A model generated the notes under the pieces. It was not told the DNA's origin, made no database searches, and worked only from the letters and a program-made list of their open reading frames with translations. 64,000 nucleotides of DNA. Source: Chlorokybus atmophyticus. Lineage: Eukaryota; Plantae; Mesostigma and Chlorokybus algae. The DNA is taken from positions 118,487-182,486 of the forward strand of contig RHPI01001428.1 of NCBI GenBank assembly GCA_009103225.1, in the 5' to 3' direction. The translations under genes and the position numbers were made by a program. The number at the start of each line of letters is the position of its first letter. Position 1 is the first letter of the stretch. Below are positions 10,339-24,300 of the stretch, one piece after another.

Positions 10339-12636
10339 TGTTATATATTATAGGTTGTAGAAAGTACATGTATAGGCGGCGCTTACATGTAGTTGGTACA
10401 ATTAGCTCAACCTTGATGGTTATGGGAGTTACGAGAGTTATGGGAGTTACGGCAATTATGGTCAACCATGATCAACTTTGACTTTGACCGTTACATCTGA
10501 CCATTGACAAGTGTTGACTAGTGTTGACTTTGACCAGAGTTGACTAGAGTTGACTAGTGCTAAGTATCATAGTATATAAGACACTGTATACTGCTTAATA
10601 CAGAGGGTCGCACATTGTCTATATAGTTGGCGTGCTTGCTGCACTTGTCCTTGAGGTGTGCACACTTGTATGTAAGAGGCAAATACACACACACTACGCG
10701 CATCACTAGTTCTCAACAGGTTATGGGCCCACACTCGCTTGTGTGATCGGATGTGCTAGTGAGAGAAAGTGTTGAGCATAGGCGCCTACTAGTAGAGTGT
10801 TCTTGGGGAGAGGGTGAGTTGCTACTGTGTAGCATGAAATGGCTGACATAGATAGTATGCCCATCGAGTCCCTTGATCTGCACAACTACGCTTCATGGTC
10901 GCTAAGAATGAAGTTGGTGCTGATCCGCAAGAAGCTCTGAAGTTTTGTCGACCCCACCTCCTCCACATTATTGCGGCTGAGAACAGGTGACGCTGGTCCC
11001 TGGACAGAGCACTCACAATCAGCTTTTGCGCTGATAGACTTGCACGTCAAAGATTTTCCATCTCCTTCTTATTGCGGATTGCAAAACTGGATGAGGCGTG
11101 GGAGGTCTTCGACACCCTCTTCAAGGTCAATAGCAACTTGCGCAAGCTGCAGCTGAGACGCAAGTTGACACTGTTAAAGATGGAGCACAAAAAAACAATT
11201 CAGAAGTACATCTCGCGCAAGGGAGCTTTGGCAAGACCTTGCAGCAGTGGGCCACGATGTGACGAAAGAGGAGGTGATGTGGGCAGTTTTAGCTGGCTTA
11301 GGAAAGAGCTTTGCTACGTTAATGACTATGTTGGAGTCCTCATGTGTGGTATTGAAGTTTGCTAATGTAGTGCCTAAACTGCGAGCTGTGGAAGGCAAGT
11401 TGGATGTTCAAGAGATAGAGAATGGTGGAGAACCTATCGCACGTTGTGCTTCATCCTCTCAACATACACGTAGCAGGAGCAAAGCAGGTGGTGGGAAGCC
11501 ATTACGCGACAAAGAGTGTCACTACTGCAAGATGAAGGGCCACTTCATTCGCAAGTCAGAAGAGGATCCACGAAGAGGCAACTAAGGAGGAGCACACCAC
11601 GATGGCGATTGCTTTCTAACATTGGTGAGGACCTCAAGGAGTTGCAATGGATGGTTTTCGTCCGTCCTCTCCCACTGCAAGGGCGCGTGAAGGACGTGCG
11701 TAGACGGACGTCGCAGTCACAAAGGTCTGTGAGAGTTACCACTAGCCTGAGTAGTTGCTGGTGTTGAGCTGCATACACTAGAGGTTGCATTGTTGTGGAA
11801 TTGTTTTTTGTAGCACACAGGTGTGCGATACTGCTTAGAACACTTCAATTGATTGGCATGCAAGGAATCAGTTGTATAGCTAGCTAACAGGAGATGGGAG
11901 GGGTGCTTTCCTTGGTAGAAGGGTCTGATCAACCCTTGCACGGCCTACACTCTGGTACAGCATTGCTAAGGTAGAGAACTTAGTGTAGTTTATAGCATAG
12001 TTTGCCGTTGAGGGAGTCTTTGAAACCACCTGAGCAAGGTCAGGCGTGGTGTGGTGGAACCTGCTGCAACAACTATGAGGAGGAAACAAGGAGTATTGGA
12101 ACCTTGTAGTCCTACTGGCAGCACGAGGAGAAGGATGGTGTCATGGAGACAAGCATCAAGTCCGTGGGAGCAACACATCCGTGGGAGTGTTCAATGGAGC
12201 AAGTTAATGTGGGTAAGCTTGTGAGAAGATCTTGGAGTTCAAGGTCAAGCTGCTCGCGTGGGAGTGTCAAAAGTTATAAGTTGTAGAAAGTACATGTATA
12301 AGCGGCGCCTATATGTAGTTGGTACGATCAGCTTAACCTTTATTATTACGGGAGTTACGAAAGTTACGGGAGTTACGGCAGTCATGGTGAACCATGGTCA
12401 ACTTTGACTTTGACCGTTGACTTTGACCATTGACTAGTGTTGACTAGTGTTGACTTTGACCAGAGTTGATTAGACTTGACTAGTGCTTAACATATAAGAC
12501 ACTTTATACTGCTTAATACAGTAGGTCGCACATTGTCTCTATAGTTGGCGTGTTTGTTGCACTTGTTCTTAGTGTGTGCACACTTGTATGTAAGAGGCAA
12601 ATACACACACACTAGGCGCATCGCTAGTTTTCAACA
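10339..12636 (+). mobile_element. Second, decayed copy of the gag-only Copia element
   Basis: LTRs 10339-10718 and 12265-12636; PBS 10719-10730; frameshifted gag 10839-11619; same non-coding tract and GCGTGGGAG PPT before the 3' LTR. No clear TSD. Confidence 0.92.
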
Positions 12637-12859
12637 ATTATCTGTATGCAAACTTACATCTATACAAGTGTGATTCCCCAAGCACTTTACTTGCAGTATG
12701 ACTTTAAGCCGCATTGCACTCCTCCCCACCCATTGCGTGACGATGTGTCACATGCTAAGATTAAAAATCAACAAGACATGAAGGTGGTCAACCCTCATGG
12801 TTGCCCCTTGCGGGTGCACCCTCACTTAATAGGTTTGGCATAATAGGGTTGCGCACGCT

Positions 12860-14850
12860 TTGTGCACACATGTTAAAGGGCGTGTTAGCTACACTATGGC
12901 TTACCTAGGCATGGGTAAGGTCTCCATGAGTTGCAAGGCACTCTTGCAACAACTCTTGACATTTTGTCAAGTCTCTTACCAAGATTCACGCATTGTGTTC
13001 ACCACTATAGCCTTTCCATGGTACGAGGTAATCGGGAAAACGGTTTCTTCTATGAGAGCGGTGCGTCAATATCGCCTTTACCTCATACTCCCACTCACCA
13101 TCTTCCAACTGCGGTAGAGGTGGGGGCTAGACTCTACTACCACTCTTGTACTCCCTTACCAGCGATACATGAAACACATTATGTGCTCAAAGTGCTGTGG
13201 GAGGCGAAGCCTATACGCTACGGCGCCAACGGGATTTAGCACCTTAAAAGAACCAATCCACTTGAGTAGAAGCTTCTTACTTCCCCGACTCTGGATTGAT
13301 CATGTTTTTCATGCTCAGCAACACTTGTTGCCCAACACTAAACAATACCTCTCGACGATCCTTGTCGGCAAAGTACTTTTGGCGGCCTTGAGCACTTTTC
13401 ATAGCGGCCTTGGCTTTGGTTAGCGCATCTTGTATGCGTGCGGCAAGCTCACTAGTTACCGGTGCCCTTGCCTTCTTGCCGAACATCTTCTCACCAGGCG
13501 CACAAGAATGTTTGCATTGTTCAAGTGAAAGGGACTCTCCTTCACCGATTCTTGATAGGCCGAGTTCATGCCGAACTCCACTACATCTAGTAGCTCATCC
13601 TAGTTGTCTTGACTTGCTGATACATAGTGTAACAAGGCGCGTATTAAGTTCCTATTTATTCTCTCCGTTTGCCCATCAATTCGGGGATGGTATGCAGTGG
13701 ACATGGATTGCTTAATTCATAGTGTCTCACACACTCTACCCGAATGCTCCCATGATCCTCGGGTCTCTACTCGAGATCAACTCCTTAGGGAGTCCATGGA
13801 GCTTAAACACATTTGCTATGCATAACCTAGCAAACTCAACCGCGTTGATCTCCGTCTTACATGCGGCAAAATGAGCCAATATGCTTAGCCTATCCACAAA
13901 GACAACAATGGCCGTGTTGCCATGTGCTGTCTTAGGTAGCTCCGTACTCAAGTCCATCCTCACGCTCTCCCACGTGTTATTGGGCACGGGTAGAGGAACA
14001 AGGAAGCCACCCATACGTGCATTTTTAGACTTGTTGCATTGATATGGGTCGCATGTCTTCACGTATGCTTAAATGTCACTTACCATTGAAGGCCACCAAT
14101 AGCTTCTTTGTGCAAGCTTGATGGTCCTCTTACTGCCAAAGTGCCCTCGGTAGGGAGGGTCATGCATCTCGTTCATGCATGCCACTCGAAGACCCGGCCC
14201 ATTTGGCACCACTACCGCCTCACCCTTAAACCAGTAGTTGCCTTGTTGGCCTAATTTGATCTCGTCTAAGTCTTTGAACCATAGGTTCATGTGGTAAGCA
14301 CTTGCTATTCTGGCTTCCAAGCTAGTGGGCTCTCTTGCGCTGGCTTCACTCGCTTCATGCACTCGTGATCTTGTCACGACCGCAATGATTAAAGCTTTAG
14401 CCCCAAAGCTTGAGCTTAGTGGGCACGCTACTTGGAGGGTCCGCAACATTGGTCCTCCCCCGTCCATACTCCCCTTCAAAGTCAAAGCGCGATAGGAACT
14501 CCGCCCACCGTGCTTGTCTTCGAGACAAGTTGGGTTGTTTGAAAAGGAAGATGAGGGCATTGTGGTCGGTGACAACCTTGAACTTCATCCCCCCTCCAAA
14601 TACTAACGCCATGTCCACAAGGCGTTTAATACACCAAGTAACTCTTAGTCGGTTGTGGTGTAGTTGCGCTCGGCGTCACTAAAATTGTGTGACTTAAAAG
14701 CAATGAAATGTCCATTGTGTAGCAACACCGCACCTGTGCCGTACAAGCTAGCATCACATATTACCTGAATGGGTTGAGAGAAGTCCGGCATTTGCATCAC
14801 TAGTGCATTCACCAATGCATCTTTGATGCCATTACAAGCTCGTTGTTGTT
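12860..14850 (-). pseudogene. Ty3/Gypsy chromovirus pol fragment (RNase H, integrase, chromodomain)
   Basis: FKVVTDHNAL...LSRRQARWAEFLSRFDF; HDPPYRGHFG..RT...YWWP; WESVRMDL...AIVVFVDRLS; SSHPSCLDL region; chromodomain-like YLVPWKGYSGEHNA near 12990-13030. Confidence 0.9.
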
Positions 14851-15059
14851 TCTCTCCCTTACTCCATTTCAGTATGTTTCATTATTTATACTGATGTGGC
14901 CTGATGATAATGCATAGTAGTCTGCTGGTGTTGTGGTTACACAGTAGATAATACAAAATATTAGGTACTATCCAACGACATTTCATTATGGCAAAAGGCA
15001 TCACTGTGTGTTGAAGGTTGAGAATATGAGGTTTGCTGGAATAGTTATAGAACAGTCAG

Positions 15060-15400
15060 CCTATTGATGTCTCAGGCCATGTGCGGCGATTTTGCTATGT
15101 GAGTTACAATTATGGGAAATATGGGAGTTACGACAATCATGGTCAACTTCGATTTTATTTGTTGATTAGTGTTTACTAATGTTGGCTGTGACTGTGGACT
15201 ACTGTTGATTAAAGTTGACTAGTTCTTTCTAGTGTTGACTAGCTGAGTAGATCAGTCATTGTATGTGGCACATGCAGGTGCAACTGCAATTTATTTCTCT
15301 TTGGTGTTGACATGCTTGTATCTTACACTTGGTGTTCCCCTAATGTGAGAACATGTATGAGGTAGGGCGCATACATGCACACTACCTTCTAACACTGCAA
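15060..15400 (+). repeat. Highly degenerate LTR of the gag-only Copia family
   Basis: GGGAGTTACGACAATCATGGTCAACTTCG...GTTGACTAGT motifs. Confidence 0.55.
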
Positions 15401-16216
15401 TGCGGGCTTTCGACAGCAGTGCCGGCTGCGCGCGCTGTCGCGCTATATGGTCAGTATCAATGATATCGCAGAATTAATCGACACGACCAGCATAGACTCA
15501 TTATGATGTTTGAAGGTCACACAATAGAGACGCTGATATATACTGAAAAAACAGCCATTATGCTGATAACGGCATAATAGACGTAAAGATGACCAAAGTT
15601 CCCAACATGCGACATTGATGGGCAAACAGTTCCACGGCGGTTGTGAATTCAGCGGTCAAGCCTAATAAGGCCCTTTGGCAAAGTGGCCCACCACCTGATA
15701 CATGGTCTGCGCTCTTTGTAAGGAGAAGATGAACGGAGCGTGCACGGGGCGCTCCTGATGTCTCTTGGCTTAACTTGGAGGCCGGTCGAACCATAATGCA
15801 TAAACCATGCATAATCCCATACATATTACACTTGTACCTATGTATGAGCGCGATTATGTCAAACCCTAACATACAAACCAAGCATGGTCCCATATTTGCG
15901 ACAAGACCATGCATATTTCACGTGTATTCCTTGAAGCCTGACTAGCTTAGTTCAAGTACATAATACTGTAGACCACATGGTCCACATATCTCATGTCAAC
16001 TGCGCACCAACTATGGTGCGTGGTAAAGGACGATGACTTCTTCAACACGGACTTGAAACAATATATGGTCCGGCTATCTCTAAAAGTTGGTCCATACATG
16101 GTTTGTGGATTTCATGTTATAGGGGAGGTTGCCGATCCGGCGGCATGGACCATTCATGGTTCATGACTATCAGGCAGTGTGCACCAATCATGTTTGGATA
16201 TACCTAGCTAAGTGTG

Positions 16217-16594
16217 TGTTGAAAACTTGTGATGCGCATAGTGTGTGTGTATTTGCCTCCTACATACAAGTGTGCACACTAAGGATAAGTGCAGCAAGCA
16301 CGCCAACTATAAAGACAATGTGCGACCCACTGTATTAAGCAGTATACAGTGTCTTATATACTATGCTACCAAGCACTAGTCAACTCTAGTTAACTCTGGT
16401 CAAAGTCAACACTAGTCAACACTAGTCAACGGTCAAAGTCAATGGTCAAAGTCAAAGTTGACCATGGTTGACCCGAACTGCAGTAACTGTCATAACTCTC
16501 GTAACTCCCGTACCTATATAGGTTAAGCTGATCGTCTCAACTACATGTAGGCGCCACCTATACATGTACTTTCAACAAGCTATAACATATAACA
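16217..16594 (-). mobile_element. Solo LTR of the gag-only Copia family
   Basis: 378 bp, TG...CA ends, 5-bp TSD GTGTG on both sides. Confidence 0.92.
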
Positions 16595-16649
16595 GTGTGT
16601 TATATTACTAATGCACCATCGCACATATTCCAAGCAATTGTAAAAGTAC

Positions 16650-19450
16650 ATACAATGGCTACTTGGTAGCTAGGGGACTTTTAAGTCCACAAGCTACCAT
16701 GTCTCTAGTGGACTTCAACCATTAGGTGTATGGCAATGTCACTAGCTCATACCAAACTATAACATATGTACACTAGGTTGCTGCTTGCCTGCTTGTGATG
16801 GAAGTTGTGTCAACTCGTTTGCAAGCCAAAGCAAACTGGCTATGTGCATGTTCCCTTCCATGTGTAGTGCCCTGAGAGCCATGGCATTAACTTACACCAT
16901 ACAAATATTGTACTGCATAACACATATGTACAAACATGGTCACAACTCTTGAAAGATTGTATACACACATAGCTTGTTTAGCAGCCTTTACTTGGCTTTT
17001 ATTGTATAAGCAGCAATGGTGTGTACTTAACAATTAAGGCTCTGGGTTATGTCACTCTTCCTTCCTTCCATGGTAAGACAGGAGTAAGCGAGGTTTATGT
17101 AAAGTCATGGTGTGCGTAGCAATTGGCATCTATGCTTCATTGAGCAATTTTATGTGGACCACTATTCCATAAAGGCGATCCACAATTGAAGCGCTACATT
17201 AGCACCATCATTGGTGGTGCCGGCTCGGTACGGCCCTCTTGCCCAAGATTCGGTCCCTTTGACATTTAATCTACCATTACCATAATTACCATTGTTAATG
17301 CATGCAACAGTAGTGTGCACACCACCACTAGTCCAATTGTAAAGAAATAAAACACTGTAGGCAGGTCATTGTATAGTGTACGACCTAGTAGCTTCTTTGT
17401 AGGCTATATGGACTAAGCGCGCTAAGTTATTATTCAAATGCACCGGTGTTGGACTGAGCTTTTTGACGTATAATGAAGCGCCTACACATACACAAGATCT
17501 AGGCGCTAAACTTGTTGGCGCCTATCATGTTGTAAGCGCATGGCAACGCTTCCATCAATTGGCACCTACTATTGGCAAATGTTATTAAGTAAGCAGTAGT
17601 CGCCCAACTCAATTGTTACTTATATTATACATAGGTCCAATAAGAGCTGTCAGTCAAACCATGCTCCACGATTTGTGCTCATCCCATTCATGGACGGCGG
17701 TAACAGGACGTAATGTAAGCGCCACAGTGGTTGCTATCGCTGCTTATATAATGAGAATTAACAACACATGAGCCTCTACAGCCATATAGGCGCTTGAATG
17801 GAGGTTTAATAACAAAGCCGCGAAGAGTCCACAAAGGCATGACGCCTACAATGGTTAATTTAGTAACTGCAATACATTGTAACATGTTTAAAGCATCTCC
17901 AATGCAAGTGCAAGTTCAGCACAATTTTCCGCTCAGCTCGAACCTGTCCTCGGGTATGGGTTGCTAAACATGGCGGCAATATGGTATGCTGTGGTTGCAG
18001 CTGCGGCTCCGAGGCCTCGTTAATGGGGCGTTAGTGTTGCAAGCCTACAGGCTTGGCGCTAAAGCTAGGAGTGGTTGGTGCCCCGCCCATACTGGTAGCC
18101 TCTTGAGTTGCAGGCGCTGTCTCAAGCTATATGGAAGCAACATCTTTAGCATCAGCGATAGGCTCATGCAAGTATGCTGGCAATGTCTTACTTAAGTGCA
18201 CCAATTACAACTGACATGCTTTCTCTTATGTAATGCGCAAGCTCTACTCAACTAATCATTATTAATTGGTGCTTGACTTGGCAGCACTACTTAAACTGGA
18301 ACAATTAACAGCGTCAATCGTCGTAAAGCTGCCCTGCTAAATGCTTCCCTTAACAATAGCTCATGACATGGTCCCTCCATGCCTAAGTACCTCTGCGCCA
18401 GCTCGGATGTCTCATGCTCGCGTGCACTTCCTTGCGCAAACATCCTTGGGCTTGTTGCTGGCCTACAAGTCGATACCTGTAGGTACTACCTTTGGGTGTC
18501 ATTGCTTGTGCTCGGGTAGATGTCGTTCAATGCGCTATTGCTGTTGGCTTTGCTGTTGCCGTTGTAGCTATTGCTTGCTACTCACGTGTTGCTTGCATTG
18601 TTGCATTTGTTGTCGCACAATTGGTGTCATAACGTGGTCTAAAACAACTGACACCTGTAACATTGTGGTTAGCGTGTGCATTGCAAAGCCCGCTTTCCAC
18701 ATACATGCATTGCCTTCAGGCGTACACACATGTGGGTGTGCTGATACATATGCTGCTCTATCTTACTATAGGTTTGTGGGTGTGCTCCTCCTCCTGCCCG
18801 CAAGCTCATTTCAATGTGTAGCAACATTGATGGCGCACAAGGTGCTTCCTGCAATGCAATTCCAAGCTACTCTCATGCAGGCTATCTTGTGAGAGCATGC
18901 TCAAGCTGCTGCTTTTTTGTCTACAAAATGGTGAAGTCATATAGAGTGCTACCTTGTGAGGAAGAACGCTGGTTGAGAAGAGCAATGCAAATATGCACTT
19001 TGATCGAGGAAAACCACATACCTGCCTTTGCTCAAATGTGCACGAGCATGCATTGCAGCGTGCACATACACATGTACATGTGTATGTGTAATCACAAGTG
19101 TTGAGGCATCCAAGCATATATGTACTTGAACGTGTGTGTGCCACCACACGTGCTGCACAATCTCCCTTGATGCTGGTCTACAGGTGTGGGTTGTGGTAGG
19201 CGTGGAAGGTGTAGGGTGGCAGTACATTTGTGGCCTTTAAACATGTGATCTGCAGGCGTGCAAGCTAGCGCCCTTGTACATGCTCGGAAGAGTTGTTGTA
19301 ATATATTAGGTGTATTTCAAGTTCGGTGCTATGAAATTGTCCAACTCACATATGTATATATGTGAATTTTACAAATACTCTTACATCACATTCGCATATG
19401 CATAAAGTTTATCCGTTGCGGGCTAATTACACCACTACTATTGTTTGCAT
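16650..19450 (-). pseudogene. Possible heavily decayed Penelope-like element
   Basis: YTYVSW...SEH-like motif near 19270-19360 and a ...GCLN motif near 19100 resemble the GIY-YIG at 39050-39358; Gln-rich stretch; HDFT-like RT motif near 17100. Confidence 0.35.
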
Positions 19451-21395
19451 TATGCAATGAGCATTGGCCATGGTAGTGAATATTGGTGCACATTATGGTA
19501 TACGGGTATTGCTGTGAGCGTGGTTTTATAGAAAAAATTTTTAACCCATAATGATCCACGCAGCTGGCCCAATACTGTAGTAAAGCATTAACGAACACAA
19601 ACACACATTGGCCTCTTTGCGGCACCACTAATCGTTTGAAAGGTACAACAGCATTGGGTCCGTGAAACGGCCTGTTGTTAACTTATCGTTTTTAAATGGG
19701 GAGCCAGCTGTGGTCCCTCTTAATTTGTGCCAACCTCAGCCTGGACTGCGGATCCCATGAATCTGCGCAATGGCAATGTGCACATCTAGCTCATTGCGAA
19801 CCCGCTAATGAGCTAGATGTACCTATTCTGTAAAGTTTAGTGCTTAAGTACTTAATACATAAGCACTGAGCAATCGGCACTCCAAGGCAGTGAACTACTA
19901 ATTTCCTTGCTGCCTGAAAGTCGCGCATAAGTGACGGTGGTCACCCTCAATAGTGTTGTTGTCGACATCATGGGGTGGTGATGGTCGGTCTTCTAATGTG
20001 TGTGTCATCGTCGACTGTCAGCCCGTAGCGGTGTTTTTAAGTAGTGGTCGTGGCGTGGTGTGACACTTGATGTTGACATGTGGTGATGTTTGTTTGCGGG
20101 AGTCGAAGTTGATCAATGTCTCTCGCCATCGCAGTGTCTGTTATAGCAGATTTGTTTATACAAACTACAATGAAGTTGGCTTGCTTGTTCTTATCAACTT
20201 AGATTGGTTACTGTTTATATATACTACTTTATATATACTATTATCGCTATGTTTATGAATGTGACTTAGAGTAACTACTAAACATGGTAGGCGCAATGCG
20301 CATATCAATTTGTGCAGTATAACAATCATTTGTTTATAATGGCTTTTTCCTTAATCTATCAACTATTTGCATTAACCGCAGGATTTATCTACTGTGCGAT
20401 ATTGAACTCGTTTGTAAGAACGCCTTTGAAACCAGTTAAGCAATGCTATAGGCGGTATTGGGCCATATATATGGGCTTGGTAATGCAGACGTTATAGCTT
20501 TACAAGCTACCATGATTGTCGTATAAAGTCAACAAAAATGCTAGCTGTGTGCGCCATAAGCTTAAAACAATCAATGGCGTGTGCCAATGTCAGTTCGATA
20601 AAAATGGCTAAGTTACAATTTTTGTGGCCTCGTTTACTGCCACATATTGCTAAGAAAGCTTGAAACACGCACCTATAACCTTGGGCGATGTCATAACCAT
20701 TGCAAAGCGTGTGAAGATCGCTACAACTTTTTCGTTAAAACAGACAACATACGTGTCGTAAACCCTCCCACGCCCGTAAATGCATTTCGACGAGGCCTTT
20801 CCTGTGCGAAGAACTTTGTATGAAAACTATGTTAATGTGCATAAAGACCGCAGTGCAATCAGCTCAGTTTGGCCATGTTCGTCTACATCATTTGACGCCG
20901 ACAACCTTTCGGCTACCATAATGGTGGGTGAAATCTCATTCACATGTTTATTTATGGTAATGTACATATGCAGCTGTTGAGGTAGCATTGGAGGATACTT
21001 CGCGCTTTGGCACGCACTGATTGCTTGAATGGTGTGATCCAAGCGGTGAAGGTTAACACCCCACCACGTGTGGCAGCGGTTTGGGTGCTGCAAGTCCTCC
21101 GCCGCAACTAAAGGCTGTTAAGGGTTATAAGTTGTTGAAGGTACATGTATAGGTGGCGCCTACATGTAGTTGGTACGATCAGCTTAACCTTAACAATTAC
21201 GGGAGTTACGAGTGTTACAGGAGTTATGGCAGTTATGGTCAAGCATGGTCAATTTTGACTTTGACCGTTGACTTTGACCGTTGATTGGTGTTGACTAGTG
21301 TTGACTTTTAATAACATTGATTGGAGTTGACTAGTGCTTAGTAGCATAATATACAAGACACTGTATACTGCTGACTACAGCGGGTCGCACATTGT

Positions 21396-24300
21396 AACTC
21401 CCCCACTTCCGGCACTCAAGGGGTCTCTCACCAAAGCCCCTCCTCCACAGCTAAGTTGCTGTCCAGCTTGTCATCCGCATCTCTTGTCTCTCCCCATAAC
21501 TCTATGGATGATGTTGCTAGCGCTAGTGTAGATGCTAGTGCATTTATTGCCTGGCAAAATGCACTCTCCTCGGGTGCATTGATTTTCACATTTCCTTTCG
21601 TCGCATTTGGTGTTGCTAGTTCTCCAGACGGCATCCGCTCTCGCCGTTTGGCTTGGATAATGAGTGCATGCTCAAATAGTGCTTCTACCCCGCTATACTC
21701 ATCAATCTACTGTCCCGGGGGGGGGGGGGCCAGGTTCATGTTGTCTTCACATCCCCGCGGCAGCTATTATAACTTTGCGCCGCTACACTGTAGGCTCCCT
21801 TCCCCGTTGAAAAGGCTCCCTTGTTCGTGTGAGGCGTTAGGAGGATGTCTCCGTTGCCAAAGATTGGTTTTCCTTCCCCGGCGCGCCCCCCTCCTTCCAC
21901 TCCTTTCTTGCTGCTGCCATGGCTCCGTACGGAATCATGGGCCCATCTCTCCTCCCCTCTCAGGGCCCCTCCATCCTCTCAACCTTGGGGTCGAAGGCAC
22001 GCTACCAGTTTGCAGCAAAGCCAGGCACTTTCCCCCCCTCCGGGCTCTGCCTTCCTGTTAATGTCAGTGGCCGCACTCTTCCTCTACCATTAACATTTTT
22101 TCCTCCCCCTCCCTGCGTGTGTGCGGGCACTGCAAGCTTAGGGGCCACCTGAGCTCGCGGTGCCCCTCCCTCCAGCACTCAGCCCCCCCNNNNNNNNNNN
22201 NNNNNNNNNNNNNNNNNNNNNNNNNNNNNNNNNNNNNNNNNNNNNNNNNNNNNNNNNNNNNNNNNNNNNNNNNNNNNNNNNNNNNNNNNNNNNNNNNNNN
22301 NNNNNNNNNNNNNNNNNNNNNNNNNNNNNNNNNNNNNNNNNNNNNNNNNNNNNNNNNNNNNNNNNNNNNNNNNNNNNNNNNNNNNNNNNNNNNNNNNNNN
22401 NNNNNNNNNNNNNNNNNNNNNNNNNNNNNNNNNNNNNNNNNNNNNNNNNNNNNNNNNNNNNNNNNNNNNNNNNNNNNNNNNNNNNNNNNNNNNNNNNNNN
22501 NNNNNNNNNNNNNNNNNNNNNNNNNNNNNNNNNNNNNNNNNNNNNNNNNNNNNNNNNNNNNNNNNNNNNNNNNNNNNNNNNNNNNNNNNNNNNNNNNNNN
22601 NNNNNNNNNNNNNNNNNNNNNNNNNNNNNNNNNNNNNNNNNNNNNNNNNNNNNNNNNNNNNNNNNNNNNNNNNNNNNNNNNNNNNNNNNNNNNNNNNNNN
22701 NNNNNNNNNNNNNNNNNNNNNNNNNNNNNNNNNNNNNNNNNNNNNNNNNNNNNNNNNNNNNNNNNNNNNNNNNNNNNNNNNNNNNNNNNNNNNNNNNNNN
22801 NNNNNNNNNNNNNNNNNNNNNNNNNNNNNNNNNNNNNNNNNNNNNNNNNNNNNNNNNNNNNNNNNNNNNNNNNNNNNNNNNNNNNNNNNNNNNNNNNNNN
22901 NNNNNNNNNNNNNNNNNNNNNNNNNNNNNNNNNNNNNNNNNNNNNNNNNNNNNNNNNNNNNNNNNNNNNNNNNNNNNNNNNNNNNNNNNNNNNNNNNNNN
23001 NNNNNNNNNNNNNNNNNNNNNNNNNNNNNNNNNNNNNNNNNNNNNNNNNNNNNNNNNNNNNNNNNNNNNNNNNNNNNNNNNNNNNNNNNNNNNNNNNNNN
23101 NNNNNNNNNNNNNNATTTCCTGCGCTTGGAGGCTCGCCGTGCTCTAATCAGAGCACGCTTTCAGCTGGACGCAGGTGCGGAAGTTCTCACTTTGAACTGA
23201 AGCCTGAGTGAGGCTCAGCTGCAGCCCACGATGAGGGCTCTCTGCTCTTGCTGTTGCCAGTGCGGGTCCAAAGCATTCAGTCGTGCGACCCTCTCCCTTT
23301 GCATCAGCAATGGCATACGCTGTCACACTGGCGTGCCTCTCTTCTTTCAGGCCGCAAGCCTTCTCTCTTTTCCTCCGCAATGGTGGACATTGTTGAGCGC
23401 TGGCGGTTGGCCCATCTCGACGCGTGCAGTGAGTGCACCCTCACTCGGCCTCACCCCGGAGGAGCCGGCACTCTCTCAACCTGTCTCTCGCGCAGCTTCA
23501 CGGATGGTGGTGAAACGCCTCTTCTTCCCTCCCCCCTTTGCGGTGTTGCCTTCTTCGCCTGCTCCCTCTCACACTCGAATTCGTCTCCTCTCACCCTTCC
23601 GTCCCTCCCCTGACACGCCGGTGGCAATGGCGCTAGTCCTCCGCTGCTTGCGGTTAATGTGGTGGTTGGGTGTGCGTTGTTCTCCGCTCTCGCATGACAC
23701 CCCTCCCTTCTCCTTCCCCTCGCTTGTTCCCTCTTTAGCCCTGGGTGAGGAGGAAGGGGCGCTGCTCTACGCAGCAAGCTCATGCCTTGCGGTGAGTGAT
23801 GATGCTCAATGGACCTACTGACCGGAAGCCCGTCGAGCTCTCCATCCTCCCTCCCCTGATTCTCTTCTCATTTGAACAATCGGTCTACCGGGAGCCTTGA
23901 TGGCGCAACCGTCAACGCTCAGGGGGACGATGTGTTTGCCTGGCTGGACATTGGCAAGCTGGACGGCTTTGGAGGTGGGATTGCTGCTTTACTAAGCGCC
24001 AGATCACTGTCAGCATTGCGGCTGTTCCGGGCGTCTCCCCCTCCTCTACCCGCCCTTACCCCTGACTCAGACAGCTCGTTGCGGGACTTGTTTAAGGGTT
24101 TAGGTGGGCACCAGGCCCCCTTCAACATCTCTGCTCTTCTTGGCATGTCAGTGGATGAGTGCTGAACAGCTTTGAGACCCGATCTCTGTTAGCAATTGGA
24201 CTGTTCGCGGTCTTAGTGCTTCTTCCTCCTCTCTTGGCTCGAATAAGCGTTCCCGCCTCCTCTTCGGGTGGCGCTCTTGGAGTCCTCCTCGCAACGTTGT

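Noticed and set aside
10334-12641. TSD for the second gag-only copy
   Set aside because: Flanks AAGGT and ATTAT do not match; decayed or recombined.
15420-16200. Possible DNA-transposon remnants here and at 19700-21100
   Set aside because: Only isolated Cys/His motifs; no diagnostic transposase signature or TIRs found.
21428-21716. Minus-strand ORF read as a separate LTR-element fragment or a twin-priming inversion
   Set aside because: The plus strand has the same C/T-rich composition as the LINE and an open frame (21456-22061), so it is more simply the LINE 5' region.
22119-23200. Long ORFs of 342-346 aa (also 33499-34128)
   Set aside because: Artefacts of N runs.
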